A stretch of DNA of 64,000 nt from a virus (lineage: Duplodnaviria > Caudoviricetes): positions 224,001-288,000 of the IMG/VR virus record IMGVR_UViG_3300002835_000001. One strand, written 5' to 3'. Positions within the stretch are counted from its first letter, which is position 1. The number at the start of each line of letters is the position of its first letter. The position numbers and the translations under genes are program-made. Under the pieces are notes generated by a model, which was given only the letters and a program-made list of their open reading frames with translations, was not told the origin of the DNA and made no database searches. Shown here piece by piece: positions 54,355 through 63,738 of the stretch.

Positions 54355-54924
54355 TTAACAATTTAATCTACTTTCTTCTAATTCATTATTGAAATTTAAA
54401 ATAGTTGGCCAAAGATACTCAATTAAATAATTTGTGTGACTTATCACTTGATTTGGTATTGAGTCCTTTATTTTTTGGTACGATTCCTTTTCTCTCATTA
54501 ATATTAATTCTTTAGATACAATACATTGAGCGGAATTAATAAACATTATTGGTAACTCATATTTTATCCCAATACTATCGGCATAATCTATCGTTTCTTT
54601 AACTATGTGATCAACACTCCTAATATAAGATATACCTAATGGGTGAAATTTTTTAGTAAAGTCAAACTCGTTAACTTTTTGGATAAATCTCGGACAATGA
54701 TAAAATGGATTATCTTGACTAAAACAAACATAATCGGGTAGATTATCATAATTGTCAATAATATACTTTAAATAAACTATAGTATCAAATCCAACATTAG
54801 GTAAATTTATTTCATATAAATCAACTTCATTTGGATTTTTATTATAAACAATAACTTTGTGTTTAATATTTGATATCCAAGTTAAATCTTCTTTAAAGTG
54901 GCAAATAACAACCGTTAATTCCAT
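54355..54924 (-). CDS. DUF3431-like protein (putative glycosyltransferase-related)
   Basis: VV..FKEDL.W..YNK..N.G....YL.YIIDNYDNLP...F.Q. Confidence 0.7.
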   Translation of the reverse strand: MELTVVICHFKEDLTWISNIKHKVIVYNKNPNEVDLYEINLPNVGFDTIVYLKYIIDNYDNLPDYVCFSQDNPFYHCPRFIQKVNEFDFTKKFHPLGISYIRSVDHIVKETIDYADSIGIKYELPIMFINSAQCIVSKELILMREKESYQKIKDSIPNQVISHTNYLIEYLWPTILNFNNELEESRLNC

Positions 54925-55547
54925 TATACCAATTCCGTTTTTGAAAATAATACATCGTGTTGAATTAAAATTGAATGGTTCTCTGGATGGTGAATATCTG
55001 ACACGATTTTATGGTGTGGGTAACCAATAGAGGACATAAATTCTTTTAATTCGTCAAACATCGGAGCACCTAAATTGTATGGGTAAACCGAAGCCTCCAA
55101 TAAAAATATCTTCGCTCTTTTACACATTTCCAATCCACCTTTTATAATGTCCATCTCTGACCCCTGACTATCTATTTTAATAAAATCAAACGTAACCTCG
55201 TTTTTAAAAATTTCATCTAACGTTGATGTTTTAATTTGTTCAGTTAATAACTTATCGTCACTATAATAGTTTGTGTTTTCTCTATATAAAGAATCGCCAG
55301 TATTAAATGCGTTATATGTTGTTTTATAAACAATGGTGTCTTTAACTTCGTTGCTTAAATAAACAATTTTATAATCAATTCCTGAATTACCAATGTAATG
55401 TTCAGTAATATGATTACCATCTATCATGTAATAATACGCTTCAGGGTAAAATTGTTTACAACCAAATGTAAACGTACCGGCATGTGCTCCAACATCTAAT
55501 ACCGACTTAATATCTAAGTTATTATTAATTAAAATTTTAAAATCCAT
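54924..55547 (-). CDS. FkbM-family methyltransferase
   Basis: VLDVGAHAG, TLD, FIKIDSQGSE..II.G. Confidence 0.9.
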   Translation of the reverse strand: MDFKILINNNLDIKSVLDVGAHAGTFTFGCKQFYPEAYYYMIDGNHITEHYIGNSGIDYKIVYLSNEVKDTIVYKTTYNAFNTGDSLYRENTNYYSDDKLLTEQIKTSTLDEIFKNEVTFDFIKIDSQGSEMDIIKGGLEMCKRAKIFLLEASVYPYNLGAPMFDELKEFMSSIGYPHHKIVSDIHHPENHSILIQHDVLFSKTELV

Positions 55548-55550
55548 AAG

Positions 55551-56801
55551 TTATAATTTATTTTCTATTTTATCTAACCAACCTTTACTTAAAGAATGTG
55601 GCCACACAATCCATTTTGCAGGTTTTTTTATTGTATCAAACGTTCTCCATATTTTAATAAATTCATCCGAGTCGTTTAACATATTATTTATTTCGTCCGA
55701 TAGAATGTCTTTTCTATTTAATGGTTGATTCTTTTCATCCTCAAAAATCACCGCCCAAAAATCATAATCAGTTTCGGTAAACGACCCTTTATGTACATCA
55801 ATACAATGTTTGAATATTTTCAAAAAAGATTCTTCAAATTCAACACCATATAAAGGTGGATTCGGTGCTAAGTTGTTGTCTAATGTATATTTTTGAACTG
55901 CTCTCTTTTTAAATGAAATTCCGGCATATCTTTCGTAATCTTCTATTGTTCTTACATTACCAAAATCATAAATTCCAAAATCAATATCTTTTTTTAACCC
56001 ATCCATTTCAAAAAGTTTACGATTTCTTAAATGTGAATTTGAATTTTTATCTCCCCATGTTTTATCGTCGTCCCATTGTTTTGTTCTACCTTTACGTGTA
56101 TACTCGTGCCATGCAATAATTTTATGTGGATGAAACAAATCATAACCCCATGTATATGCTCTTACTGCTATTGATATTTCTTCTCCATGAAAGTAATATT
56201 CAGGATCATGTGGTACTTCTTTAACAAAACTACCCTCAGCAAATGCAAAATGTGCAGAATAAAATCTTGCGGGTACAGGTTCCGATAATTCTTTAAAATT
56301 ATCTATTCCAGCAGGTAAGAAAAATACTGCACCTTCAGGAATAAATCTATCAAAGTTCATTTTCCATGGAACATTAACTCTACCTTCTGGATCATTTTCG
56401 GGGTCGTATGATGAAATGTATGATGTAAGTAATGGTTTTTCAACTCCCTTATCTTTTAATTGATTAAACATACCAATAAGTTCCTCATCCCAATTTTCAA
56501 TAAATCTATGATGAGAATCTAATTGTAATGTGTATTGTTCATCTGTGTAATTTTGTTGTAGTCTATTTCTAGCCCAACAAGCCCCCTTTGAATCTCTATA
56601 ATCAATATCTATGATTTTAAAACGACTATCATTTGTATATTCACCGAGTGTGTCCCACTCGTCATCAACAGAATGTTGCCAAGCAATTGAAAATACTAAA
56701 TTTTCGGGATATTTTGATTTTGAAATACAATCGTTTAATGTTGTTAATAATTGTGGATCTCTATAAGATGCAATTTGTATGAAAATTTTCTGATTACCCA
56801 T
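55551..56801 (-). CDS. GT60/Skp1 GlcNAc-transferase-like glycosyltransferase
   Basis: IFIQIASYRD, SKGACWAR, LQLDSHHRF..WD, F.GEEIS..VRA.T.GYD. Confidence 0.82.
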   Translation of the reverse strand: MGNQKIFIQIASYRDPQLLTTLNDCISKSKYPENLVFSIAWQHSVDDEWDTLGEYTNDSRFKIIDIDYRDSKGACWARNRLQQNYTDEQYTLQLDSHHRFIENWDEELIGMFNQLKDKGVEKPLLTSYISSYDPENDPEGRVNVPWKMNFDRFIPEGAVFFLPAGIDNFKELSEPVPARFYSAHFAFAEGSFVKEVPHDPEYYFHGEEISIAVRAYTWGYDLFHPHKIIAWHEYTRKGRTKQWDDDKTWGDKNSNSHLRNRKLFEMDGLKKDIDFGIYDFGNVRTIEDYERYAGISFKKRAVQKYTLDNNLAPNPPLYGVEFEESFLKIFKHCIDVHKGSFTETDYDFWAVIFEDEKNQPLNRKDILSDEINNMLNDSDEFIKIWRTFDTIKKPAKWIVWPHSLSKGWLDKIENKL

Positions 56802-56875
56802 TAAAAGTTAATTATACAATAATATAATAAAAAAATATTGGTTTTTCAACAAATGCATAAAAAAAGGTTAGATTT

Positions 56876-57211
56876 CTAACCTTTTTTCTTCTCATCTACT
56901 TGTTGTGAGTAAGTTGATTTTTTATGTTGTCTAATTTTATCCTTTAATTGGATTAATAGTTTTTGTGCATTTGATAAATTAATAGAAATACTATTAACTC
57001 TTGCACCCGATAGTGTTTTTAAACCATTTGGTATTGAATCTTCTAATTTTCTAAGTTCTTTAATCGTTTCACCCAAAGAATTTTGTAGTTCTTCAACTTT
57101 ATACTGAACTCTATTAAAATCGTCCCTTTTAACTTTTGACGTTTCCTCACTTAAGAGTTCTTGAACCATATTTTTTACAATTTCTTCAGAAATTAATGAT
57201 TTATTGTCCAT
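56876..57211 (-). CDS. Coiled-coil hypothetical protein
   Basis: LISEE/LLSEE leader. Confidence 0.6.
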   Translation of the reverse strand: MDNKSLISEEIVKNMVQELLSEETSKVKRDDFNRVQYKVEELQNSLGETIKELRKLEDSIPNGLKTLSGARVNSISINLSNAQKLLIQLKDKIRQHKKSTYSQQVDEKKKG

Positions 57212-57216
57212 AGGTA

Positions 57217-57450
57217 CTATACTTCAAATTCTTTTTCTTCCTTATCTGTTAATTCTCCGTCTTTCATCATCCCTTCTTTAATATAAGTTCTAATAAGTTT
57301 AGAAACACTTATACTTTTGTGTTTAGCAACCTTATCTATTTCCTTATAATAGGCTGGAACTACTCTAAATGTTAGCATTTTAATAAATTGCTTGTGTTTT
57401 GGTTGATCCGAGGTAAAACCTTCCTTTTCGTCTAAATCTTCTATGTTCAT
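57217..57450 (-). CDS. Ribbon-helix-helix (CopG/MetJ-like) DNA-binding protein
   Basis: LTFRV....EIDKVA....SVSKLIRTYI. Confidence 0.65.
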   Translation of the reverse strand: MNIEDLDEKEGFTSDQPKHKQFIKMLTFRVVPAYYKEIDKVAKHKSISVSKLIRTYIKEGMMKDGELTDKEEKEFEV

Positions 57451-57521
57451 GTGAATATGTTTTTATATAAATATTTTGTATTACAAATAAAAACCACTAT
57501 ATTAGTAAAAAACCAAAATAT

Positions 57522-57881
57522 ATGTCAGAAAATAAAGAATTACCAATCGACCCGATTAAAATGTGTGAGGAAAAGTATCCCGAAACCACCAAAGAATTCA
57601 AAAAAATCCTAAAAGAACAGTATGAGATATTCTGCAGGAAACAATTAAACTATGGACCCGATAATATCTCCGTAGGAACCCGTTTAGAGACCCCTGATGA
57701 GCTTAAATTGTCTCAGACAGGACTATGGTTCAGAATGAACGATAAGATACAGAGACTAAAGCAATTGGTATTATTGGGTAAACCAGATACCGTTGGTGAA
57801 GCTGTTGAGGATACATATCAGGATTTATCCGTATATAATATCATCGCACAAATCGTTATTAGAGGTAAATGGGCAAAATAA
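57522..57881 (+). CDS. DUF1599 / nucleotide-modification-associated domain protein
   Basis: KQLNYG..NI..G...RMNDK..RL..D...DL..Y. Confidence 0.75.
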   Translation: MSENKELPIDPIKMCEEKYPETTKEFKKILKEQYEIFCRKQLNYGPDNISVGTRLETPDELKLSQTGLWFRMNDKIQRLKQLVLLGKPDTVGEAVEDTYQDLSVYNIIAQIVIRGKWAK

Positions 57882-57942
57882 AATTGACAATTTATAATTT
57901 TTAAACCCAATTTTAACCTATTTATTAAAAAACGAAAGAACC

Positions 57943-58305
57943 ATGAAAGTTAATGTAAATCACCCATCTTTTATTTCATTTTTAGAGAATGTAACTGAAA
58001 ACATCCTATCAACAATCTCAGTTAATAACTATTTTTCATTACCTCAGGAAAATAAGATGGGTGTTTTATACATGGTTTTTAAATTAATGAAAAATTCCGT
58101 TAAATCGAGAGCAAAATTGACTGACTTGGAGTTAATAAGTTTTGTTACCGTTTTATGGAAAAAAAATGAAGAATCTGAAAACTACGAGTTTGCCGCAATA
58201 TTGAAAGATATTTTAGATAATTTCGATACGGTTAATGAATTCACCAATACACCACCTAAAAGGACAACCAGAACGATAAAAACCGATAAGACTAACAATG
58301 GCTAG
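57943..58305 (+). CDS. Hypothetical protein with UVR-like motif
   Basis: SENYEFAAILKD. Confidence 0.6.
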   Translation: MKVNVNHPSFISFLENVTENILSTISVNNYFSLPQENKMGVLYMVFKLMKNSVKSRAKLTDLELISFVTVLWKKNEESENYEFAAILKDILDNFDTVNEFTNTPPKRTTRTIKTDKTNNG

Positions 58306-58690
58306 GACTATCGACAATCAGACTAAAAAAAAGTATGCAATTTTAGCGTTAAGATGGTGTGAGGAGTATTTTGGTCTATGTGATAGAAAGAAAAGACGAT
58401 TACTTTTTAGATTTAGTGATAGAAAACGAAAAATGAATAATTTTGATATTTTTGGTAACTATTGTTTTTATCGAAATGAAATTATAATTTACTTACCCAA
58501 CAACAATACAATATACGATTTGGTTGCAACCGTCATTCACGAATACACACATTACCTACAAGTTCGTAGAAAATATAGAGAATATGAATTGTCTAGATAT
58601 TATTCTCAAAATCCAATGGAAAGACAGGCTAAACGTAATGAAGACAAATATACTAAAATTTGTTTAAAACAGATTAAATCTAATCTATAA
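58298..58690 (+). CDS. HExxH zincin-like small protein
   Basis: ATVIHEYTHYLQ..PMERQA. Confidence 0.7.
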   Translation: MARTIDNQTKKKYAILALRWCEEYFGLCDRKKRRLLFRFSDRKRKMNNFDIFGNYCFYRNEIIIYLPNNNTIYDLVATVIHEYTHYLQVRRKYREYELSRYYSQNPMERQAKRNEDKYTKICLKQIKSNL

Positions 58691-58883
58691 CAATTTCAGC
58701 TTCCTCAATTTCTCTCATAAACAATAACGTATCGTCGTTGTTTATTCTATTTCTTACAACCATATCACACATCCAAAAATTCTTTAAATCTGTAATTGAT
58801 CCTTCTTTTACTTGTGAGTTTTTTACTTTTCGATAAACCCAATATAGTTTATCTTGATAGTTCACTAATTCTTTGTTTAACAT
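58680..58883 (-). CDS. Small hypothetical protein
   Basis: 67 aa, co-oriented with upstream genes. Confidence 0.55.
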   Translation of the reverse strand: MLNKELVNYQDKLYWVYRKVKNSQVKEGSITDLKNFWMCDMVVRNRINNDDTLLFMREIEEAEIVID

Positions 58884-58886
58884 AAT

Positions 58887-59489
58887 TTACTTGTGGCTAC
58901 TTGGTTGACACAACATCCCCAACTCACTCCATTTGAATTTTGGTCTTTCATTTAATAATACAAAACATTTCCACACTTTCTGTTTTTCAAAATAAATGTG
59001 TTTTTCCATGTGAGACGGTATTGCTGCGTTGGTAGGTACTCTTTTAGGTACTTTATCAAAAAATACTTTAATTGTAATTGTTAAATTTTCATTGTCGTCC
59101 CATTTTCTTTCCTGCTCTTCTAACAATCTCCACTCACCTCTATTTTGATACTGGTCTTGCATCATACAATTCAAATACGAAAATGTTTGTTTAAGGTTTT
59201 CCATATTATCTGAAAATGACGCCGCGGGAGCTAAATGACCTTTATCGTATATATTTGATTTATAATCCTCAGCATCCGAAGTTTTGATGCCTTTTTCAAT
59301 ATAGAAATCCATACTACCTCTATTAACATTTGTTGGTCTATTGGTTGATCTATATTTTAACCATAATGGTGATTCTAATTTTTGTGAATACAATACTTCA
59401 AATATTTGATTCTTAACTCTTATAGTGTCTTGTGAAAATGAACTTAAACTAATTAGAATAAGTCCAAATAAAAATAACCCTTTTTTCAT
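58887..59489 (-). CDS. Secreted DNA/RNA non-specific endonuclease (NucA/EndoG family)
   Basis: Signal ..SFS/Q; YDKGHLAPAA, TF...N...Q...NRG.W..LE. Confidence 0.9.
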   Translation of the reverse strand: MKKGLFLFGLILISLSSFSQDTIRVKNQIFEVLYSQKLESPLWLKYRSTNRPTNVNRGSMDFYIEKGIKTSDAEDYKSNIYDKGHLAPAASFSDNMENLKQTFSYLNCMMQDQYQNRGEWRLLEEQERKWDDNENLTITIKVFFDKVPKRVPTNAAIPSHMEKHIYFEKQKVWKCFVLLNERPKFKWSELGMLCQPSSHK

Positions 59490-60040
59490 ATATGATATTT
59501 GTTTATATAGTTAAATATGTCCACTGCGGTGTTTGTATACACATCAAACTCAATAAATGGAATATCATTTGTAATTAATTTTTGTTTAATCTCCTCGTCA
59601 ATTTCTTTAGATTCTGTTAAATCTTGAAATCTACCGTTTTGGTCGTAAGTCTCGTCGTTCCTTTTAAGAAACACATTTAAACTATTATATTTTTTGAATA
59701 GACTCAGAATAAATGCGTCGTATGTTTCATCATAAAACATTGCGGGATATTCAGGTTTATCGTTATATCTATCTTTGTAAATTAAACCCAATATTATTGG
59801 TGAATCAACAATGACGTATTTTACCTTACCATATAATCTACTAATGTTTCTGTGTTGATTTGCGGTAATATAGAATTGGTCCTTAATTGCTGAATAGTTT
59901 TCCTCCCAAGCCACAATTTTAGGAAATTCAAAAGTCAATTCAACATCCATATGATGTTTCTTCATTTCGGTAAATAAACCTGAGGATTGGGTAGATTTAC
60001 CAATACCAGGACCACCAAAAAAATTAATAATTAAACTCAT
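59486..60040 (-). CDS. P-loop kinase/ATPase (AAA_28/NadR-like)
   Basis: INFFGGPGIGKST, VIVDSP, GRFQ. Confidence 0.8.
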   Translation of the reverse strand: MSLIINFFGGPGIGKSTQSSGLFTEMKKHHMDVELTFEFPKIVAWEENYSAIKDQFYITANQHRNISRLYGKVKYVIVDSPIILGLIYKDRYNDKPEYPAMFYDETYDAFILSLFKKYNSLNVFLKRNDETYDQNGRFQDLTESKEIDEEIKQKLITNDIPFIEFDVYTNTAVDIFNYINKYHI

Positions 60041-60266
60041 AAATCAAATATACATAAAAAAAGGGAGTTTGTGAAATCTCCCATATATTAATTTAGTAAG
60101 TTTATTTTGTCCCCCGACAACAAAAATAAATAAACTATAATATAAAAAAAGACCATAAAATATGATGACTATTTGTCAGTTTAAAATTAATTTCGGTTTA
60201 TTATAAGGTAAACGTAATAAAATTTAAAACTTTATTTTTAATATAACTATTTATAGAATTATTACT

Positions 60267-60893
60267 ATGGAACAACACACAATAGAATTAATTGGTATGG
60301 TCTTAGTGGCCGTTATTACAGCATTAGTTGGTCCCGCGGGACTTGAGTACGTAAAAGCTAAACTATCTAAACCTGTTTCAAAAGATATCGTTAGAGATGA
60401 CATTGAAAGAAATTTGGTTATTTTTGATGAAATATCGGAAATTAGGGATATGGTAGATGCGGATAGAATTTGGATAAGTCAATTTCACAATGGCGGTCAT
60501 TTTCTTCACACTAACAAATCAATTCAAAAGTTTTCAATAACATATGAGGACGTTAAACCCGGTGTTAGTAGTATTATTCATTTATTCACAGACATCCCAT
60601 TATCGTTATATTCAAGATCAATGAATTACATTATGGAACATAAACATTTGTGGATTTCCGATTTTAAAGATGAAACCATTGCAACTTATGGGTTAAAGTC
60701 CGCGGCGGACGCAACGGGGACTAATGCATCATATGTAATTGGGTTATTTGATATTGTAACAGATAGATGTATTGGAACAATGGGGGTGGACTATAGAGAT
60801 AAGAAGAAACTAACACAAACACAAAAAGATTTTTTAATCGAGAGAGGTAGTCGATTAGCGGGATATTTATCAGTATACCTTAAATCAAAGTAA
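60267..60893 (+). CDS. N-terminal TM plus GAF-like domain; candidate T4 T-type holin
   Basis: One TM (LIGMVLVAVITALVG); ADRIWISQFHNG, IGTMGVDY GAF-like strands. Confidence 0.55.
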   Translation: MEQHTIELIGMVLVAVITALVGPAGLEYVKAKLSKPVSKDIVRDDIERNLVIFDEISEIRDMVDADRIWISQFHNGGHFLHTNKSIQKFSITYEDVKPGVSSIIHLFTDIPLSLYSRSMNYIMEHKHLWISDFKDETIATYGLKSAADATGTNASYVIGLFDIVTDRCIGTMGVDYRDKKKLTQTQKDFLIERGSRLAGYLSVYLKSK

Positions 60894-60899
60894 CACATT

Positions 60900-61295
60900 A
60901 TGAAAAAATATATATTCACAGAAAGTCAAATTAAAAAAATCATTGACAATCAAGTAAACGAACAATATGGTGATACAGATTCACCAGAAGATATGCACCA
61001 CATTCAAGATGCATTAAACAAATATTTTAAGTCTAAAAATATTAGGGGTACTTGGGACGGGTCGTCTGAATTTAAATTAAACCCAAAGGCACCAGTAATT
61101 GTAATAAGTGCGGATGGTGCTTGGGGGGATAAATCAAAATCGGCATTATCTATTTTCCAAAAAAATAATGGATTAGACGATGACGGTATGGTTGGTTGTA
61201 AGTCAGCTAAGAAATTAATCCAACTTGGATATATGGGTCGAGACCTATGGGGTAAACTAATGGATATGTTTGGATGGGGACCGTCTTGTGACTAA
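60900..61295 (+). CDS. Peptidoglycan-binding domain protein
   Basis: ADGAWGDKS..A...FQKNNGL..DGMVG..S; IFTESQ leader. Confidence 0.75.
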   Translation: MKKYIFTESQIKKIIDNQVNEQYGDTDSPEDMHHIQDALNKYFKSKNIRGTWDGSSEFKLNPKAPVIVISADGAWGDKSKSALSIFQKNNGLDDDGMVGCKSAKKLIQLGYMGRDLWGKLMDMFGWGPSCD

Positions 61296-61900
61296 CCCTT
61301 AGACGATATTTCGTCAAATATTTTAATAATATCATCTAAATTCAAATAATCAAAACATTCAGAATAACCTGAAAAAGATTCTAAAACTGGTCTGTATTTT
61401 TTTACAGACCTTTTTTTATTTAATTTTTCTTTAATATCACTCTCCAATTTTTCGGCGTTTGGGGTATCGATTCTTCTTAAAATGGTTTCTACCACATATC
61501 CTTCATAACCATGTACCTTACTAAAACGTCTCATTATAAATCGTTTGGATGTAATACCCACCTTAACGAAGGTTTTATTTGTTGATTCTTCCTTAATTAA
61601 TACCAAATACAAGGATTTTGGTAACTTACTTATTTTTTTGTTTTTTTCTTTTCTTTTTTTGGATAATTTATTTTTAATATAATCCTTAGCCTTATCTAAC
61701 GAAGTAAACTCTTTTTCATCTCTATATGGGTTAATTATGTATTTTTTGAACCTTTGGAGGTAGATAGTTTTACCGCTATCCACTTTGTATTTTTTACCCC
61801 TTGTTGTTAAAATCTCATATATTGAATAATATCCAACCTTCAATATCGGTTCTTGTGACATAGTATCTGTTTTACATAATATACATAGTTTAGAACTCAA
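61292..61900 (-). CDS. GIY-YIG/T5orf172-like nuclease
   Basis: LYLVL..FVKVGITS..RRF..LE..I..GYSECF. Confidence 0.7.
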   Translation of the reverse strand: MSSKLCILCKTDTMSQEPILKVGYYSIYEILTTRGKKYKVDSGKTIYLQRFKKYIINPYRDEKEFTSLDKAKDYIKNKLSKKRKEKNKKISKLPKSLYLVLIKEESTNKTFVKVGITSKRFIMRRFSKVHGYEGYVVETILRRIDTPNAEKLESDIKEKLNKKRSVKKYRPVLESFSGYSECFDYLNLDDIIKIFDEISSKG

Positions 61901-61970
61901 AATAAATCAAACTCAATAAAACTACGGATTCATACACAATAAAAGGTATTTATGGTATATTTATAATATC

Positions 61971-63704
61971 ATGGAAATAGAAAAACTAATATCGAATATT
62001 GTTAACGAAGCGGTTAAAAAAAGTGACCTTGTTACGTTTTTATCAAACAAATTTAGTTCGGAATCACCCAAGTTCAATTCATTGGACCCCGAAACAAAAT
62101 CAACTCACACATTTGCGATAGTTGAGGCGTACAAAAATATAAAATCTAAACTTAGAGCATCCAATCCCGCCACATTTAATTTTTTACAAAGACATGATGG
62201 TAATCACGGGTCAAATTTAATTACAATTGAACAATTAAATAAAATTACTGAAATTCCATTTAAACAATTGATGGAATTATTATCAACAGTTGGTGACTTT
62301 AAACCATTGGTATCGGACGACGCATCAAAAGTTGGTGGAGATGATACTGAAGTTAAATTAATTAAGACATTTGGAACAAGTGGTAATAAACCTACCGAAG
62401 GTAAGGTTACCACATCTAAAGAGATGTGGGGTAGTCCTAATAATGCAATAATAAATGAAGACGGTTTTAGAGTATATCATATAAAAGACCAAACCCAAGC
62501 AATACGAATGGGTTATTATTACCAATCATTACATATAAAACAATATAGAGATTTAAAACTTGAAGTTAGACCCCCGTGGAACGTAACATTTAGAAAAGGG
62601 TTTCAAGAAATGAATACAGTAGGTTCCTCAATTATTTCTCACGGATTCAACAAATGGTCAAGTTTTAGAACGGCACATGAGGTATCAATCTATTTCGTAA
62701 TTGATGAAAGTAGAAATCCATTTGAGGATGTACTAACTAACGGTAAATATTTCATGTCAGTTATTGAAGTGATTAATGACGGTGGTTACCAATTAAGGTC
62801 TATGTTAAATGACGGGTCATTATTACTTAATTGGAAGAAGTTAGTTACTCTATATCCAAAATTAGAGGGCCATGAAGACCAATTCGTTTACCATGATTTT
62901 ACACCAGAGGAATTAATTGAACCAACGGAAATTGATACATCGTTCAACGAATATCCTGAATCTAAAAATTATATTGGTAAACAATTACCTGACGTTCAAA
63001 TTGCTTGGTTTAAAGAAGGTAATGACATTACAAAGGCATTAACATGGAGAACTATGACAACTCCTGTTAGATTGGCGTACATAGATACTATAACATCTTA
63101 CAACATTTTTGAAAAAATTTCTAATGTAGATTTAATGAATGAGATGTTAAAAGGTGTTGATTATTCTGGAAAGGGAGGTAAAAGATTTGAGACAATATTA
63201 AATGATAAAATGATTAGTGTTGGTAAAAAAGGTATATCATTCTTAACTCACTATTATTATCAAACTAAATATGATGTTGAATTTATCGGTAAAAGAGTTC
63301 CAACGAGATTTGTTTATAGCACCATAAGTAAAGACCCATTAATAAACGGATTAATGGGTATATTTGACACAAAAACAGGTAAATGGTTTACAGGTCCAAC
63401 CGGAATAAGATACGATGCTAGATATAAAATAACAGAAAGATTTTTAAAAAAGGATGTTAATAAGAAAACATATTTAATATTTGAGTTTACATCTGTTATA
63501 CCTTTTATAGATGATAAAGGAAATAAAGTTCCAACAAGCGTAGGTACTAAATTTTATGTAGTAAACGACGAACCCTTTGTTCCAGATAAAACTCACCATG
63601 GTTATTTCATTGGTGAATCATTATATAGAGATTTTGTTGTAAAATTTATAGAATCGGAAACCCCCGAAATATTTAAAGCACCTAAAACAAGTATAGCACA
63701 ATAG
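61971..63704 (+). CDS. Large hypothetical protein, putative virion
   Basis: 577 aa; TATTTAT at 61958-61964; VNE leader. Confidence 0.6.
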   Translation: MEIEKLISNIVNEAVKKSDLVTFLSNKFSSESPKFNSLDPETKSTHTFAIVEAYKNIKSKLRASNPATFNFLQRHDGNHGSNLITIEQLNKITEIPFKQLMELLSTVGDFKPLVSDDASKVGGDDTEVKLIKTFGTSGNKPTEGKVTTSKEMWGSPNNAIINEDGFRVYHIKDQTQAIRMGYYYQSLHIKQYRDLKLEVRPPWNVTFRKGFQEMNTVGSSIISHGFNKWSSFRTAHEVSIYFVIDESRNPFEDVLTNGKYFMSVIEVINDGGYQLRSMLNDGSLLLNWKKLVTLYPKLEGHEDQFVYHDFTPEELIEPTEIDTSFNEYPESKNYIGKQLPDVQIAWFKEGNDITKALTWRTMTTPVRLAYIDTITSYNIFEKISNVDLMNEMLKGVDYSGKGGKRFETILNDKMISVGKKGISFLTHYYYQTKYDVEFIGKRVPTRFVYSTISKDPLINGLMGIFDTKTGKWFTGPTGIRYDARYKITERFLKKDVNKKTYLIFEFTSVIPFIDDKGNKVPTSVGTKFYVVNDEPFVPDKTHHGYFIGESLYRDFVVKFIESETPEIFKAPKTSIAQ

Positions 63705-63708
63705 AAAT

Positions 63709-63738
63709 AAAAAAAGGGACATTTAGTCCCTTTTTTTT
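63709..63738. terminator. Bidirectional terminator
   Basis: A7-GGGAC-attta-GTCCC-T8. Confidence 0.8.

Noticed and set aside
61292-61900. GIY-YIG-like gene as an active mobile element
   Set aside because: It is free-standing with no visible intron, terminal repeats or target duplication; annotated only as a CDS.
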